Source of the DNA: Nannocystis sp.
GTDB lineage: Bacteria > Myxococcota_A > Polyangia > Nannocystales > Nannocystaceae
Length of the DNA: 64,000 bases
NCBI RefSeq assembly: GCF_016714285.1
Contig: NZ_JADJNN010000012.1
Coordinates: 218,040-282,039 of the forward strand
Direction: 5' to 3'
Within the stretch, counting starts at the first letter, position 1. Each line of letters begins with the position of its first letter. The notes under the pieces are model-generated. The model was not told the origin of the DNA. It saw nothing but the letters and a program-made list of their open reading frames with translations, and searched no databases. The translations under genes and the position numbers were made by a program. Below, in pieces: positions 49,399-58,852 of the stretch.

Positions 49399-50510
49399 GG
49401 GGCGGGCTCCTCGAGGTCGCGGGCGACGGGATCGGCGACACCTTCGGCGACACCTTCGGCGACACCTTCGGCGAGCTTGCTGCGCATCGCGGCGACGCCG
49501 GCGGCGACGGCGTCGAGGACCTGCAGGCGATCGATCTTGGCGCCGAGGCGGATGGCGTTGAGGAAGGCGCGGCGGCCGGAGTTGGCCTGGGTGACGATGA
49601 CGGCGCGGTCGAGGCCGAGGAGGGGGGCGCCGCCGTAGTTCTCCCAGTCGGTGAACTCGCGGACGGCGGTGATGCCGTCGGCGAGCATGCGTACGCCGAC
49701 GCGCCACTGGATCCGTTCGGCGGCGCGCTGGATCAGGGCCTCGGCGGTGGCGGCGACGCCCTCGAGGGTGCGCAGCAGGACGTCGCCGGTGAAGCCGTCG
49801 GTGACGACGACATCGGCGTCGCCGGAGGTGACGTGGTCGGCGCGCAGGCAGCCGATGTACTCGAAGCCGGGCTGGCTGTGTTGGAGCTGGCGGTGGGCGT
49901 CGCGGATCCGCTGCGGGGCGCTGCTGGTGCTGGCGCCGTTGGACAGCAGGGCGACGCGCGGGCGCTCGAGGCGGGAGATCTTGGCGGCGTAGGCGGCACC
50001 CATGGCGGCGAAGGTGACGAGGTCGTCGCTGGTACACGAGACGGTGGCGCCGACGTCGAGCAGGAGGGCGAAGGGGTCGGAGGCGGGGCCGTGCGGGCGC
50101 AGGGTCGGGTAGACGGCCGCGAGCGCGGCGCGGCTGACCGAGGGGATCCGCTGCAAGGTTGCGAGGGCGGCGGTGACGATCGCCCCGGGGCCGCCGGCGG
50201 ACACGAAGATCGCGGCGGGGTCGCGGGCGAGCAGCTCCATGCCGACGACGACGCTCGAGCGCGGGGCGCGGGCGAGGGCGGTGCGGAGGTCCTGCTCGGG
50301 GTCGATGCGGTCGGCGGCGTGGACGACCCGCAGGTGCTCGGCGTCGTGGGCGATCCGCTGGAGGGCGAGGGTGATCTCGGACTCGTCGCCGACGACGGTG
50401 ATCTGGTGGAGGCGCTCGAGGCTGGCGATCGCGGCGGCCTCGAGGGCCTCGCCGTTGCACTCGCGTCCGGCCCCTGCGCCGGGACAGCTGTCGATGACGA
50501 TGTGCGCCAC
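49395..50510 (-). CDS. plsX: phosphate acyltransferase PlsX
   Basis: ...VSAGGPGAIV...RVALLSNGASTSS...DVVVTDGFTGDVLLRTLEG... aligns with E. coli PlsX. GTG start. The C-terminus has (AEGV)3 from a 12-nt tandem repeat. Confidence 0.85.
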   Translation of the reverse strand: MAHIVIDSCPGAGAGRECNGEALEAAAIASLERLHQITVVGDESEITLALQRIAHDAEHLRVVHAADRIDPEQDLRTALARAPRSSVVVGMELLARDPAAIFVSAGGPGAIVTAALATLQRIPSVSRAALAAVYPTLRPHGPASDPFALLLDVGATVSCTSDDLVTFAAMGAAYAAKISRLERPRVALLSNGASTSSAPQRIRDAHRQLQHSQPGFEYIGCLRADHVTSGDADVVVTDGFTGDVLLRTLEGVAATAEALIQRAAERIQWRVGVRMLADGITAVREFTDWENYGGAPLLGLDRAVIVTQANSGRRAFLNAIRLGAKIDRLQVLDAVAAGVAAMRSKLAEGVAEGVAEGVADPVARDLEEPAP

Positions 50511-50642
50511 GGGGCTCGCGTTGTACCAAACCCGGGCGCTGACTGGCGAGGCCCCAGCGAGCCGGACCGCCGCTCGCCAGTGTGACGGGCGCTACAGGGC
50601 GAAGCGGTTAGCGAAGCTCGCCGGTGGACGGCGTGACCGGGG

Positions 50643-51482
50643 CTACAGGCGGGCGCAGCGGAGCTCGACCAGCCAGGCCTCGCAGTCGGCCTCGTTGGCG
50701 GCCTCCTCGGGCAATGGGCTGCGGGCGAGGGCGTCGCTGAGTTCGGCCTCGAGCGCGGGCCAGGCGGCCCGGTGGCGGGCGTCGACCTCGGGGCTGACGG
50801 CGCCCTTCTCGGCGCCCTCGGCCTTGATCTTGATCAGCTCGAGGGCGTCCGGATAACCGAGCTGCGGGGCGAGGATCCGGAGGTCGGCGATGAGCTCCCC
50901 GGTGCGCAGCAGGTGGATGCCGGTGAGGGCGACGCGGTAGGCGTAAAGCAGGGTCTTGGCCCGCGGTCGCTCGGCCTTCTCGTGCTCGCGGCACATGCCC
51001 TTGAAGAAGCCCTGGTAGTGGCGAGCGCAGCGGCGCGAGACGCTGGCGCGGGCGAGGGCTTGCAGCTGCAAGAGCTCGGGGCCGGGGTAGAGCTGGAACT
51101 TGGAGAGCAGGCGCTCGAGCAGGTTGCCGTTGCCGTTGACGAGCAGCTGGAGGCCCTTGCCGAGCTCGGTGAGGGTGAGGTCGCACTCGGTGGCCTCGAA
51201 GTCGACGAGGCGGTCGAAGGTCTCGGGCGGGCGGTGGAGGCCGAGCAGCTTGCGGGTGGGGGCGAGGAACAGGCCCTTGAGGTCGAGGTCGCTGTCGGCC
51301 GAGGAGAAGCCGTAGTCGTGGCTGCCGGTGACGCCGCACTGGATCGCCAGGCCGGGCACGGGGCACTGGGCGATGAAGCGGCGGCCGAGCTCGAGGTCGG
51401 GGAGGGCGTTGGGCGGGAGGTCGATGGCGGCGGCATGGCGGGGTGCCCGCGGGGGGGGGGGGGGGGGGGGGGGCCCGGTCAT
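50643..51482 (-). CDS. Pol-beta-superfamily nucleotidyltransferase (PF10127/RlaP-like), paralogue 2, with an N-terminal Pro8 tract
   Basis: MTGPPPPPPPPRAP...GVTGSHDYGFSSADSDLDLKGLF (GS...D.D NTase motif). Its ATG overlaps the stop of paralogue 1 (ATGA). Confidence 0.7.
   Translation of the reverse strand: MTGPPPPPPPPRAPRHAAAIDLPPNALPDLELGRRFIAQCPVPGLAIQCGVTGSHDYGFSSADSDLDLKGLFLAPTRKLLGLHRPPETFDRLVDFEATECDLTLTELGKGLQLLVNGNGNLLERLLSKFQLYPGPELLQLQALARASVSRRCARHYQGFFKGMCREHEKAERPRAKTLLYAYRVALTGIHLLRTGELIADLRILAPQLGYPDALELIKIKAEGAEKGAVSPEVDARHRAAWPALEAELSDALARSPLPEEAANEADCEAWLVELRCARL
51451..51473. repeat. 23-nt poly(G) homopolymer (poly-C on the coding strand = Pro8)
   Basis: cgc-G23-cccggtcat, seen directly. 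Confidence 0.9.
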
Positions 51483-52408
51483 GGCGAGGCCTTCAGGACG
51501 TCGGCGACGAGCTCGGCGCACAGGCGGTCGAGGCCGGCGTCGTCGGGGGCGGCGGGCAGGGGCGAGGTCGCGGCGGCGGCGTGGACCTGCTGGCCGAGGG
51601 CCTCGGCGCGGGCCATGAGCTCGTCGTAGCTGAGGGCGCCGGACTTGATGCCGAGCAGGTCGTCGCGGTCGTCGCGGCGGACCAGGACGCGGCCGGTGCT
51701 GACGATCTCGAGGCCCATGCGCAGCAGACGGATGAGGTGGAGGGCGTGCTTGGTGTCGTAGCCGAAGCGGGCCTCGAGCTCGCTGCGCCGCGGGTTGCGG
51801 GTCTTTTGCCACGAGAGGTAGGAGTCCCACTCCTTGCGGGCGCCGCGGTAGCGACGCTCGCGTTCGAGGATGTCGAGGAAGTTGGTGCTGAGGTCGACCA
51901 GCTCGAGGCGCTGGTCGGCGAGCATGGCCTCGACGGCGCCGAGCTGGTCGCGCGAGATCTGGGCGCGGTCGGGGAGGCCGAAGTCGGCGCGCTGGGGCTC
52001 CTTCTGCGGCGGGTTCATGACCCACTTGCGGTGGGTCTTGATCCGGCCGAGCTGCGACATGGCGTAGCCGGAGAAGCTGTCCTTGACGCGCAGCGAGAGG
52101 AACTGCTCGCGCGCGGCGAGCAGGCGCTCACCGGCGGGGGTCATGTGCATGTGGCACTCGCTCGGGGTCCACAGCAGCTCGAGCACGGTCGGGTTGGCGG
52201 CGGCGGCGAGGCGGAAGTACTTGCGGATCTCGTAGCGGACGTGATCGCCGGTGAGCTCGATCTGCTCCGGGCCGCCGAGGTAGCCGTGGTACCAGCCGGC
52301 GGGGCCGACGAGCACGCCCTTGAGGTCGACGTCGGAGGCGGGGGTGGCGAGGCCGTAGGCTTGCGAGCCGTGCACGGTCTCGTAGATGAGGGTGCCGGGG
52401 GTCTCCAT
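51479..52408 (-). CDS. Pol-beta-superfamily nucleotidyltransferase (PF10127/RlaP-like), paralogue 1
   Basis: METPGTLIYETVHGSQAYGLATPASDVDLKGVLV...; same family as the downstream gene. Confidence 0.7.
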   Translation of the reverse strand: METPGTLIYETVHGSQAYGLATPASDVDLKGVLVGPAGWYHGYLGGPEQIELTGDHVRYEIRKYFRLAAAANPTVLELLWTPSECHMHMTPAGERLLAAREQFLSLRVKDSFSGYAMSQLGRIKTHRKWVMNPPQKEPQRADFGLPDRAQISRDQLGAVEAMLADQRLELVDLSTNFLDILERERRYRGARKEWDSYLSWQKTRNPRRSELEARFGYDTKHALHLIRLLRMGLEIVSTGRVLVRRDDRDDLLGIKSGALSYDELMARAEALGQQVHAAAATSPLPAAPDDAGLDRLCAELVADVLKASP

Positions 52409-52424
52409 GACGCCGGGGACGGTA

Positions 52425-53242
52425 TCACGGGGCGCGGGGCGGGGGCGGGCCGGCGAGGGGGAGGTCTTGCAGCTCGGCGCGGACGGCTTGCATGAAGGCG
52501 GGGCCGGGGTCGCCCTTGCGGGTGCGGTAGTCGGGCTCGCGCTCCTGGAAGTAGGGGTGGGCCTCGAAGGCGAGGTACTCGTGGTGGCCGATGAGGTGGG
52601 TGATGCCGGGGAAGCGGGCGACGAGGTGGCGGACGAGGGCGACGTTGGCGGCGCGCTGGGCCGCGGTGAGCGGGAAGCGGCCGTTGTCGCCGACGTTCTC
52701 GACGCCGATCGCGAGGTGGTTCAGGCCGACGACGTGGCGGGCCATCCAGGTCTCGGGCATGAGGCGGACGATGGTGCCGTCGCGGTCGACCAGGAAGTGG
52801 GCGGAGACGTTGAGGTCGCCGGCTTTGGCGATGATCGTGCGGCCGCGCTCGACGCTGGGGCGATCGAAGTAGCGCCAGGTGCCGTCGAGCGAGCCGCCGC
52901 CGGTGAAGTGCAGGACGATTATCTTCGGGTCGATCGTGATGTCGCTGGCGGCCGGGTCCTGGTGGCGCTTGCGGTAGGTGATCGTCTTCTCGCGGCGGGC
53001 GGCGTCGTAGGTGATCGGGCGGTCGAGGATCGCTAGCTCGGGGATCGCGGGCGGTGGTTCAGGGGCGGGTGGCGTGGCGATCGCAGGTGGCGCGTCGGGG
53101 GCGGGGTGGGCCGGCGGGCGGCGGGTCGAGCGCGGGCGGCGGGCGGGGGCGAGCGGCGGGGGATGGCGGCGGGCGGCGGGGCGCAGGCGATCAGGAGGCT
53201 GGCCGCGAGGACAGGGCCGGAGAGACAGGGTCTTTGGGACAT
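52425..53242 (-). CDS. N-acetylmuramoyl-L-alanine amidase (Amidase_2/PGRP-like) lipoprotein; frameshift in the Pro/Ala-rich linker (about 53100-53200)
   Basis: ATG 53242 gives MSQRPCLSGPVLAASLLIAC (lipobox), then the frame degrades. The amidase frame reads ...PPAPEPPPAIPELAILDRPITY...VLHFTGGGSLDGTWRYF...NVSAHFLVDRDGTIVRLMPETW...HLIGHHEY...KGDPGP without a start codon of its own. Confidence 0.6.
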
Positions 53243-53271
53243 GTACGTGGGGCCAGGCGAGCGCACGGGGC

Positions 53272-54282
53272 TCACTCGTCCTCGCGGCGGGCCTTGCGGG
53301 CGGCCTTGCGCTCGCGGCGGGCCTGCTTGTCCTCGACGGCCTGGATGCGCTTGGCCTGGCGGCGCTCGCTGGGCGGGCGGCCGGGGAGGGCGGGCTGCTC
53401 GTCGTGGTGCTCGGGGAAGCTGCCCGGGGTGGCGCCGAGCTCGAAGATGGCGACCTCGCGGCGGGCTCGCTCGCCGATCCGCAGGGGGATGACGGCGGCG
53501 CCGATGCCGGCGCCGACGTACACGGCGCCGGAGGGGGGCGTGGCGGTGCGGGTGCCGTAGATGCCGTGGATGTAGCGGTGGCCGATGACGCGGCCGAGGG
53601 CGAGCTCGTTGAGGCGGGCGAGGGTGACCTGGCCGGCGTGGGTGTGGCCGGAGAGGACCAGCGAGACGCCGGCGCTCCACAGGCGGTCGGCCTCCTCGGC
53701 GATGTGCGAGAGGCCGAGGGTGGGGAGGTCCGGGCGCAGGCCGTGGACGGCGCGCTGCCAGTCGGCGTGGCCGGTGTAGGCGTCGTCGAGGCCGACGACC
53801 TGGAGCTGCTGGTTGTGGAGGGTCAGGGTGGTGTGGGCGTTGTCGAGGACGAGGGCGCCGGCGCGTTGCAGGGTGCGGCGGACCTCGGCGCCGCCGGCCC
53901 AGTGGTCGTGGTTGCCGAGGACGCAGATGACGGGCGATCGGTAGGCGGCGATGAGCTCGGCGAGGGGGTCGAGGTAGAGCTGGCTGTGGCACACGAAGTC
54001 GCCGGTGATGACGACGAGGTCGGGGCTCTGGGCGTTGACGAGGTCGACGGCGGCGCGCTGGACGGCCATCGGGGTGATGCGGCCGACGTGGATGTCGGTG
54101 ACGTGGGCGACGCGGAGCGGATGGGTGAGCAGCTCGGCGTGGCGGACCGGGCCGGCGAAGCGGCGCAGCTCGATGTGGTCGCCGCCGTCGATCAGCTTGA
54201 GCGGGTTCCAGGCGCGGGCGCGGAGGATGCGGGCGGCGAGGCCGGCTTCGGGCGAACCGTCGCGGACGGGCGTGCGGGCCAT
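53272..54282 (-). CDS. calcineurin-like metallophosphoesterase
   Basis: ...VAHVTDIHVG...VVITGDFV...VLGNHDH...LSGHTHAGQ... MPE motifs. An alternative start is at 54366. Confidence 0.75.
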   Translation of the reverse strand: MARTPVRDGSPEAGLAARILRARAWNPLKLIDGGDHIELRRFAGPVRHAELLTHPLRVAHVTDIHVGRITPMAVQRAAVDLVNAQSPDLVVITGDFVCHSQLYLDPLAELIAAYRSPVICVLGNHDHWAGGAEVRRTLQRAGALVLDNAHTTLTLHNQQLQVVGLDDAYTGHADWQRAVHGLRPDLPTLGLSHIAEEADRLWSAGVSLVLSGHTHAGQVTLARLNELALGRVIGHRYIHGIYGTRTATPPSGAVYVGAGIGAAVIPLRIGERARREVAIFELGATPGSFPEHHDEQPALPGRPPSERRQAKRIQAVEDKQARRERKAARKARREDE

Positions 54283-54440
54283 GGAGCGGCAGTATAGCGG
54301 CCTGGGCGTGCGGGTCGGCGGGCGCGAGGTGTCGCGCGGGCAGCGCGTGATCGCGCCGCGGGGCATGGACCCGGCCGGGCGGCGGTGATATTGGGGTGAG
54401 CGGGCGCGGAGGCGCCGACGATCCACGCCGTGATCGGCCC

Positions 54441-56516
54441 ATGAGCGCAGCACCGATCCCTCGCCCGGCGCGACGACTGCAGGCAGCGCGGATGATCGGC
54501 GCGGCCATCATCGGCATCCTCGCGGAGCGGGTGGTCTCGGGGTCGCCGCACAGCTATCTGGCGCTGACGGTGCCGCCGGGGCTGAGCGTCGGGGCGCTGT
54601 ACAGCCTGACGATGGCGCTGCTGTCGGGGCTGTGCGCGCTCGGTCTGCTGACCGGGCGGCGCTCGGCCTACGTGGTGTTCCCGCTGCTGCTGTCGATCCA
54701 CATCGGGGTGTTCGTGCCGGTGCTGGCTCAGGACGCGCCGGTGGCGGCGGTGGTGTTGCTGTGGAATCTGCTGCTGATCGGCGACTACCTGTTCTCGCTG
54801 AGCGTGCGCAACCCGCGGGCGCGACGGGCCGAGGTGCACGACGCCCAGGCGACCTGGGTGGCCCGCTACGGCGGCGCGGCGCGGCACCTGCTGCTGGTGT
54901 CGGTGCTGGCGACGACGGCGGTCGGCGGGTTTCGCCTGACCGAGTCGTCGACGGCGCTGTACCTGTGTCTGGGGCTCGACGCGGCGGTGGTGGCCGCGAC
55001 GGCGCCGTTCGTGTTCGGGCTGCTGCGTCAGCGGCGGCGCTACATCATCGGGTTGGCGCTGCTGCTGGTGTTGATGCTGCCGCCGGCGCTGGTGAACCCG
55101 GCGGCGCTGCTGGCCCTGCTCGGGGTGTACGCGGCGGGGGTGTTGACGCTGATGCTCGGGCGCAGCCAGGTGTTCGCCGACCTGCTGCAGAGCTTCTATA
55201 CCCGGCCGGCGCTGCTGATCCTGTCGACCTTCGGGATGATCGCGGGGACGGGGGCGCTGCTCCTGACCTTCCCGGCGGCCTCGGCGGGGCCGCACGCGGT
55301 GCCCTTCCTCGACGCGCTGTTCACGGCGATGAGCGCGACCTGCGTGACGGGGCTGATCGTGCTCGACACGCCGGTGGCGTTCTCGGGCTTCGGGCAGGTC
55401 GTGATCCTGCTGCTGATCCAGCTCGGGGGCCTCGGGATCATGGTGCTGTCGACCTTCGCCACCGTGCTGCTGGGCGGGCGCCTGGCGCTGCGCGGGGAGC
55501 AGGCGCTCGAGGAGGTGCTGGACCTGGCCAGCCCGGGCTCGGCCTACGAGCTGACGCGCTTCATCGTGGTCTCGACGCTGCTGATCGAGGCGGCGGGGGC
55601 CGGGCTGCTGGCGCTGTCGTACCACTACCACTACGGCTACGAGCCGCTCGAGGCGCTGTGGCGCGGGGGCTTCCACGCGGTGTCGGCGTTCTGCAACGCG
55701 GGCTTCTCGCTGTGGAGCGACTCGCTGATCCAGTTCCAGCGCGACGCGTTCGTGCAGGGGGTGCACATGGCGCTGATCGTGCTCGGGGGGCTCGGCTTCT
55801 CGGTGCTGGCGGCGCTGTGGATGTCGGCGCGCGGGGGCTCTCGGCGGTGGTCGCTGCAGACGCGGATCGTGCTGCTGATGTCGGCGGGGCTGCTGGCGGG
55901 CGGCTGGGCGCTGTACGCGATGACGGAGTGGAACGCCTCGCTGGCGGGCTTCGGGTCGGCGAGCGACAAGCTGCTGAACGCGCTGTTCCAGAGCGTGTCG
56001 CTGCGCACGGCGGGCTTCAACACGGTGGACTATGCGGGGCTCGAGGGCGCGACGATCCTGATGATGGTCGTGTGGATGTTCGTCGGCGCGTCGCCGGGGA
56101 GCACGGGCGGCGGGATCAAGACGACGACCCTCGCGGTGATGCTGGCGGCGCTCCCGGCGCTGATCCGCAACCAGCCGCGGGCGATGCTGCTGCGCCGCAC
56201 CATCCCGCACGACATCGTGTACCGGGCGGCGACGATCATGACGGTGGCGACGATGGTCGCGGTGCTGGCGATCTTCCTGCTGCTGGCGACGCACGAGGAG
56301 ATGGGCTTCGAGAAGGCGGCGTTCGAGGCGGTCAGCGCGCTGGCGACGGTCGGGCTGAGCATCGGGGCGACGGGCGAGTTGAACGCGACGGGCAAGTGGG
56401 TGATCATCTTGACCATGTTCATCGGCCGGGTCGGACCGATCTCCCTCGCGCTGGCCCTGGGCTCGCCGAACGGCAGCCAGATCACGTACCCCGAGGCGAA
56501 GATCATGGTGGGCTAG
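54441..56516 (+). CDS. trkH: Trk/Ktr-type K+ transporter membrane subunit (TrkH/KtrB) with an extended N-terminal membrane region
   Basis: C-terminal 450 aa contain repeated selectivity-filter-like segments (...LLIQLGGLGIM..., ...TGGGIKTTT...). The preceding 230 aa are hydrophobic helices. Start ambiguous (GTG 54396, ATG 54441 or ATG 54492). Confidence 0.8.
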   Translation: MSAAPIPRPARRLQAARMIGAAIIGILAERVVSGSPHSYLALTVPPGLSVGALYSLTMALLSGLCALGLLTGRRSAYVVFPLLLSIHIGVFVPVLAQDAPVAAVVLLWNLLLIGDYLFSLSVRNPRARRAEVHDAQATWVARYGGAARHLLLVSVLATTAVGGFRLTESSTALYLCLGLDAAVVAATAPFVFGLLRQRRRYIIGLALLLVLMLPPALVNPAALLALLGVYAAGVLTLMLGRSQVFADLLQSFYTRPALLILSTFGMIAGTGALLLTFPAASAGPHAVPFLDALFTAMSATCVTGLIVLDTPVAFSGFGQVVILLLIQLGGLGIMVLSTFATVLLGGRLALRGEQALEEVLDLASPGSAYELTRFIVVSTLLIEAAGAGLLALSYHYHYGYEPLEALWRGGFHAVSAFCNAGFSLWSDSLIQFQRDAFVQGVHMALIVLGGLGFSVLAALWMSARGGSRRWSLQTRIVLLMSAGLLAGGWALYAMTEWNASLAGFGSASDKLLNALFQSVSLRTAGFNTVDYAGLEGATILMMVVWMFVGASPGSTGGGIKTTTLAVMLAALPALIRNQPRAMLLRRTIPHDIVYRAATIMTVATMVAVLAIFLLLATHEEMGFEKAAFEAVSALATVGLSIGATGELNATGKWVIILTMFIGRVGPISLALALGSPNGSQITYPEAKIMVG

Positions 56517-56536
56517 GGCTCGCCGGAGGTTGCAGA

Positions 56537-57193
56537 ATGAGCGGAGATTTCGCGGTCATCGGTCTCGGGCAGTTCGGTCGCGCGGTGGCGCTGTCGCTGG
56601 TGCGCGAGGGCGCGGCGGTGCTGGCGATCGACCAGCTGCAGGAGCGGGCGCAGATGGTGGAGTCGGAGGTCGACGCGGTCGCCTGCGCCGACGCGACCAA
56701 CGAGCTGGCGCTCGAGGAGCTGGGGCTCGAGCGCATGAGCTGCGTGGTCGTGGCGATGGGGGCGCGCGCGCGCGAGACGTCGATCCTGACGACCGCGCTG
56801 CTGCGCCAGCGCGGCATCCCGCGGATCATCAGCCGCGCGGCCAACGAGCTGCACGGGCGGGTGCTGCTGGCGGTCGGGGCCCACGAGATCATCAACCCGG
56901 AGCTGCAGATGGGGCAGCGTCTGGCGCGCAACCTGGCCCACCCGACGATCCTCGAGCAGATCGCGCTCGACGAGAACACCAACCTGGTCGAGCTGGCGAA
57001 CCCGGAGCAGTTCATCGGCAAGAGCCAGGAGGAGCTCGACCTGCGCCGACGCTACGGGATCTCGGTGGTGGCGGTCCGGCGCGGGGGCCAGGTGCTGCCG
57101 CCGATGGTGCCGGGTGACCGACTCGAGCGCGGCGACCGACTGATCGTGGTCGGGCCGCCGGCGTCGGTGCGACGGATCGCCAGCCTGGCGTGA
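56537..57193 (+). CDS. trkA: TrkA/KtrA K+ transport regulatory subunit (TrkA-N Rossmann plus TrkA-C)
   Basis: MSGDFAVIGLGQFGRAVA GxGxxG; GGAGG RBS 7 nt upstream. Confidence 0.85.
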   Translation: MSGDFAVIGLGQFGRAVALSLVREGAAVLAIDQLQERAQMVESEVDAVACADATNELALEELGLERMSCVVVAMGARARETSILTTALLRQRGIPRIISRAANELHGRVLLAVGAHEIINPELQMGQRLARNLAHPTILEQIALDENTNLVELANPEQFIGKSQEELDLRRRYGISVVAVRRGGQVLPPMVPGDRLERGDRLIVVGPPASVRRIASLA

Positions 57194-57205
57194 ACGAGGG
57201 CCCCG

Positions 57206-58744
57206 ATGACACTGCGCACGCGGATCCTCCTCGGCTACGGGTACCTGATCGGGCTGCTGCTGTTTAGCGTGTCGGTGGCGGCGGTCAACTCGCAGCGGGT
57301 GGCCGGCAACGCCAAGCTGATCATCGAGCGAAACATTCGCAGCCTGACGCCCGCGATCGCGATGCTGGAGCAGCTGGAGCGCCAGGACTCGGAGACCCTG
57401 TTCGCGCTGCTGCACCCGACCACTGGCACGGGGCTCGACGTCGCGGAGCGGGGCTTCGAGGCGGCGCTGGTGGCCGCCGAGGACGTGAGCAAGGTCGGCG
57501 GCGACGAGTTGGACGGGCCGACGCTGGCGGCGATGCGTAAGAACTACGACACCTATCGCAAGGCCCGCGCCGAGCTGCTGTCGCGGGTGTACGAGGACTC
57601 GGTGGCGGCGGCGGACGACTACCGCGGGCCGACGCAGACGGCGCTGCTGGTGCTCAAGGCGGAGCTCGACGACTACGTGCAGCGCAAGACCGGGGCGCTC
57701 AAGCAGGCCAACGACGAGGCGTCGCGCTCGGCGGTGGAGGGGGCGGTGCTGCTGGGGGTGATGGTGACGGTCGCGCTGCTGTCGCTCGGGTTCTTGTCGC
57801 GCAGCTTGCAGCGCGACGTGCTCGGGCGGCTGACGGAGGTGGGGCACGTGACCGAGGCGATCGCGGCGGGCGACCGCCGTCGCCGGGTCCGCGACTTCTA
57901 TCAGGACGAGCTCGGGCTGGTCGCGCGCCAGCTGAACGCGGCGCTCGACCGTCAGCAGGAGCTCGAGTCGCAGATGCAGGGTCGCCTGCTCGAGCAGCGG
58001 CGGATCCTGGTCGGGCTGATGAATCAGTGGCCGACGCCCGCGGGGATGATCGGCATCGACGGCGAGCTGGTAGCGACCACGCTGACCCTGGAGGACGAGG
58101 CCGAGCTGCACCGGCTGACCCCGCGGGTGCGGGTCGCGGCGAAGGTCCTGATGACGCGGCGCTTCGTCAAGGCCGAGGAGCTGGCGGTCGACATCAAGGC
58201 GAGCGACGGGCGGCGTGTGGTCCAGATCCGGGCGCTGGCCTCGGGTGACAACCAGATCGCGGGCTGGCTGGCGAGCTTCGTCGACCCGAAGATGCATGAG
58301 CCCAGCGGGGTGATGGCGCTGCCGCGCGAGCCGAGCGGGGTGTTCCCGATCGGGCCGGACCTGAGCGGGGTGACGCCGATCGTGCGTGAGGGGAGCGGGG
58401 TGTTCCCGGTCGGACCGGAGCTCAGCGGGGTGACGCCGGTGCCGCGCGAGGGCAGCGGGCCGATCGGTGGTGGTGGCAGCGGTGAGAGCGGGACGGTGCG
58501 GCCAGTGCCGCGGGGCCTCAGCGCCTCGCTGGCGGCGGCGGCGAGCGGGCCGATGCGGGCCGCGTCGCGCGAGCGCGGCGGCGTGATGGCGGCGGCGACG
58601 AGCGTGGTGGCGAGCGCGGTGCCCGGCCCCGTGCCGGTCCCCGCGCCCGCTGCCGCGCCAAACCCCGTGGTGCCCGTGGTGCCCGCGGTGCCGGCCCCCG
58701 CGTTCGTGCGGCCCCCGCCGCGCGGTTCTGAGGGGTCGTCCTGA
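57206..58744 (+). CDS. membrane protein with periplasmic helical domain, HAMP-like linker and a C-terminal P/S/G-rich tandem-repeat region
   Basis: TM1 LIGLLLFSVSVAAV and TM2 VLLGVMVTVALLSLGFL followed by a HAMP-like stretch; repeats EPSGVFPIGPDLSGVTP x4; no output domain recognised. Confidence 0.55.
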   Translation: MTLRTRILLGYGYLIGLLLFSVSVAAVNSQRVAGNAKLIIERNIRSLTPAIAMLEQLERQDSETLFALLHPTTGTGLDVAERGFEAALVAAEDVSKVGGDELDGPTLAAMRKNYDTYRKARAELLSRVYEDSVAAADDYRGPTQTALLVLKAELDDYVQRKTGALKQANDEASRSAVEGAVLLGVMVTVALLSLGFLSRSLQRDVLGRLTEVGHVTEAIAAGDRRRRVRDFYQDELGLVARQLNAALDRQQELESQMQGRLLEQRRILVGLMNQWPTPAGMIGIDGELVATTLTLEDEAELHRLTPRVRVAAKVLMTRRFVKAEELAVDIKASDGRRVVQIRALASGDNQIAGWLASFVDPKMHEPSGVMALPREPSGVFPIGPDLSGVTPIVREGSGVFPVGPELSGVTPVPREGSGPIGGGGSGESGTVRPVPRGLSASLAAAASGPMRAASRERGGVMAAATSVVASAVPGPVPVPAPAAAPNPVVPVVPAVPAPAFVRPPPRGSEGSS

Positions 58745-58852
58745 CCTGGCTCGTACGACGTTCTGCCGGCTGTTGCGAGCCGTGGCGGCGATGGGCCGGG
58801 GCTGGTGTAGGATGCGGGCGGCGTGTGCACATGCACGCGGCGGAGGTAGAAC

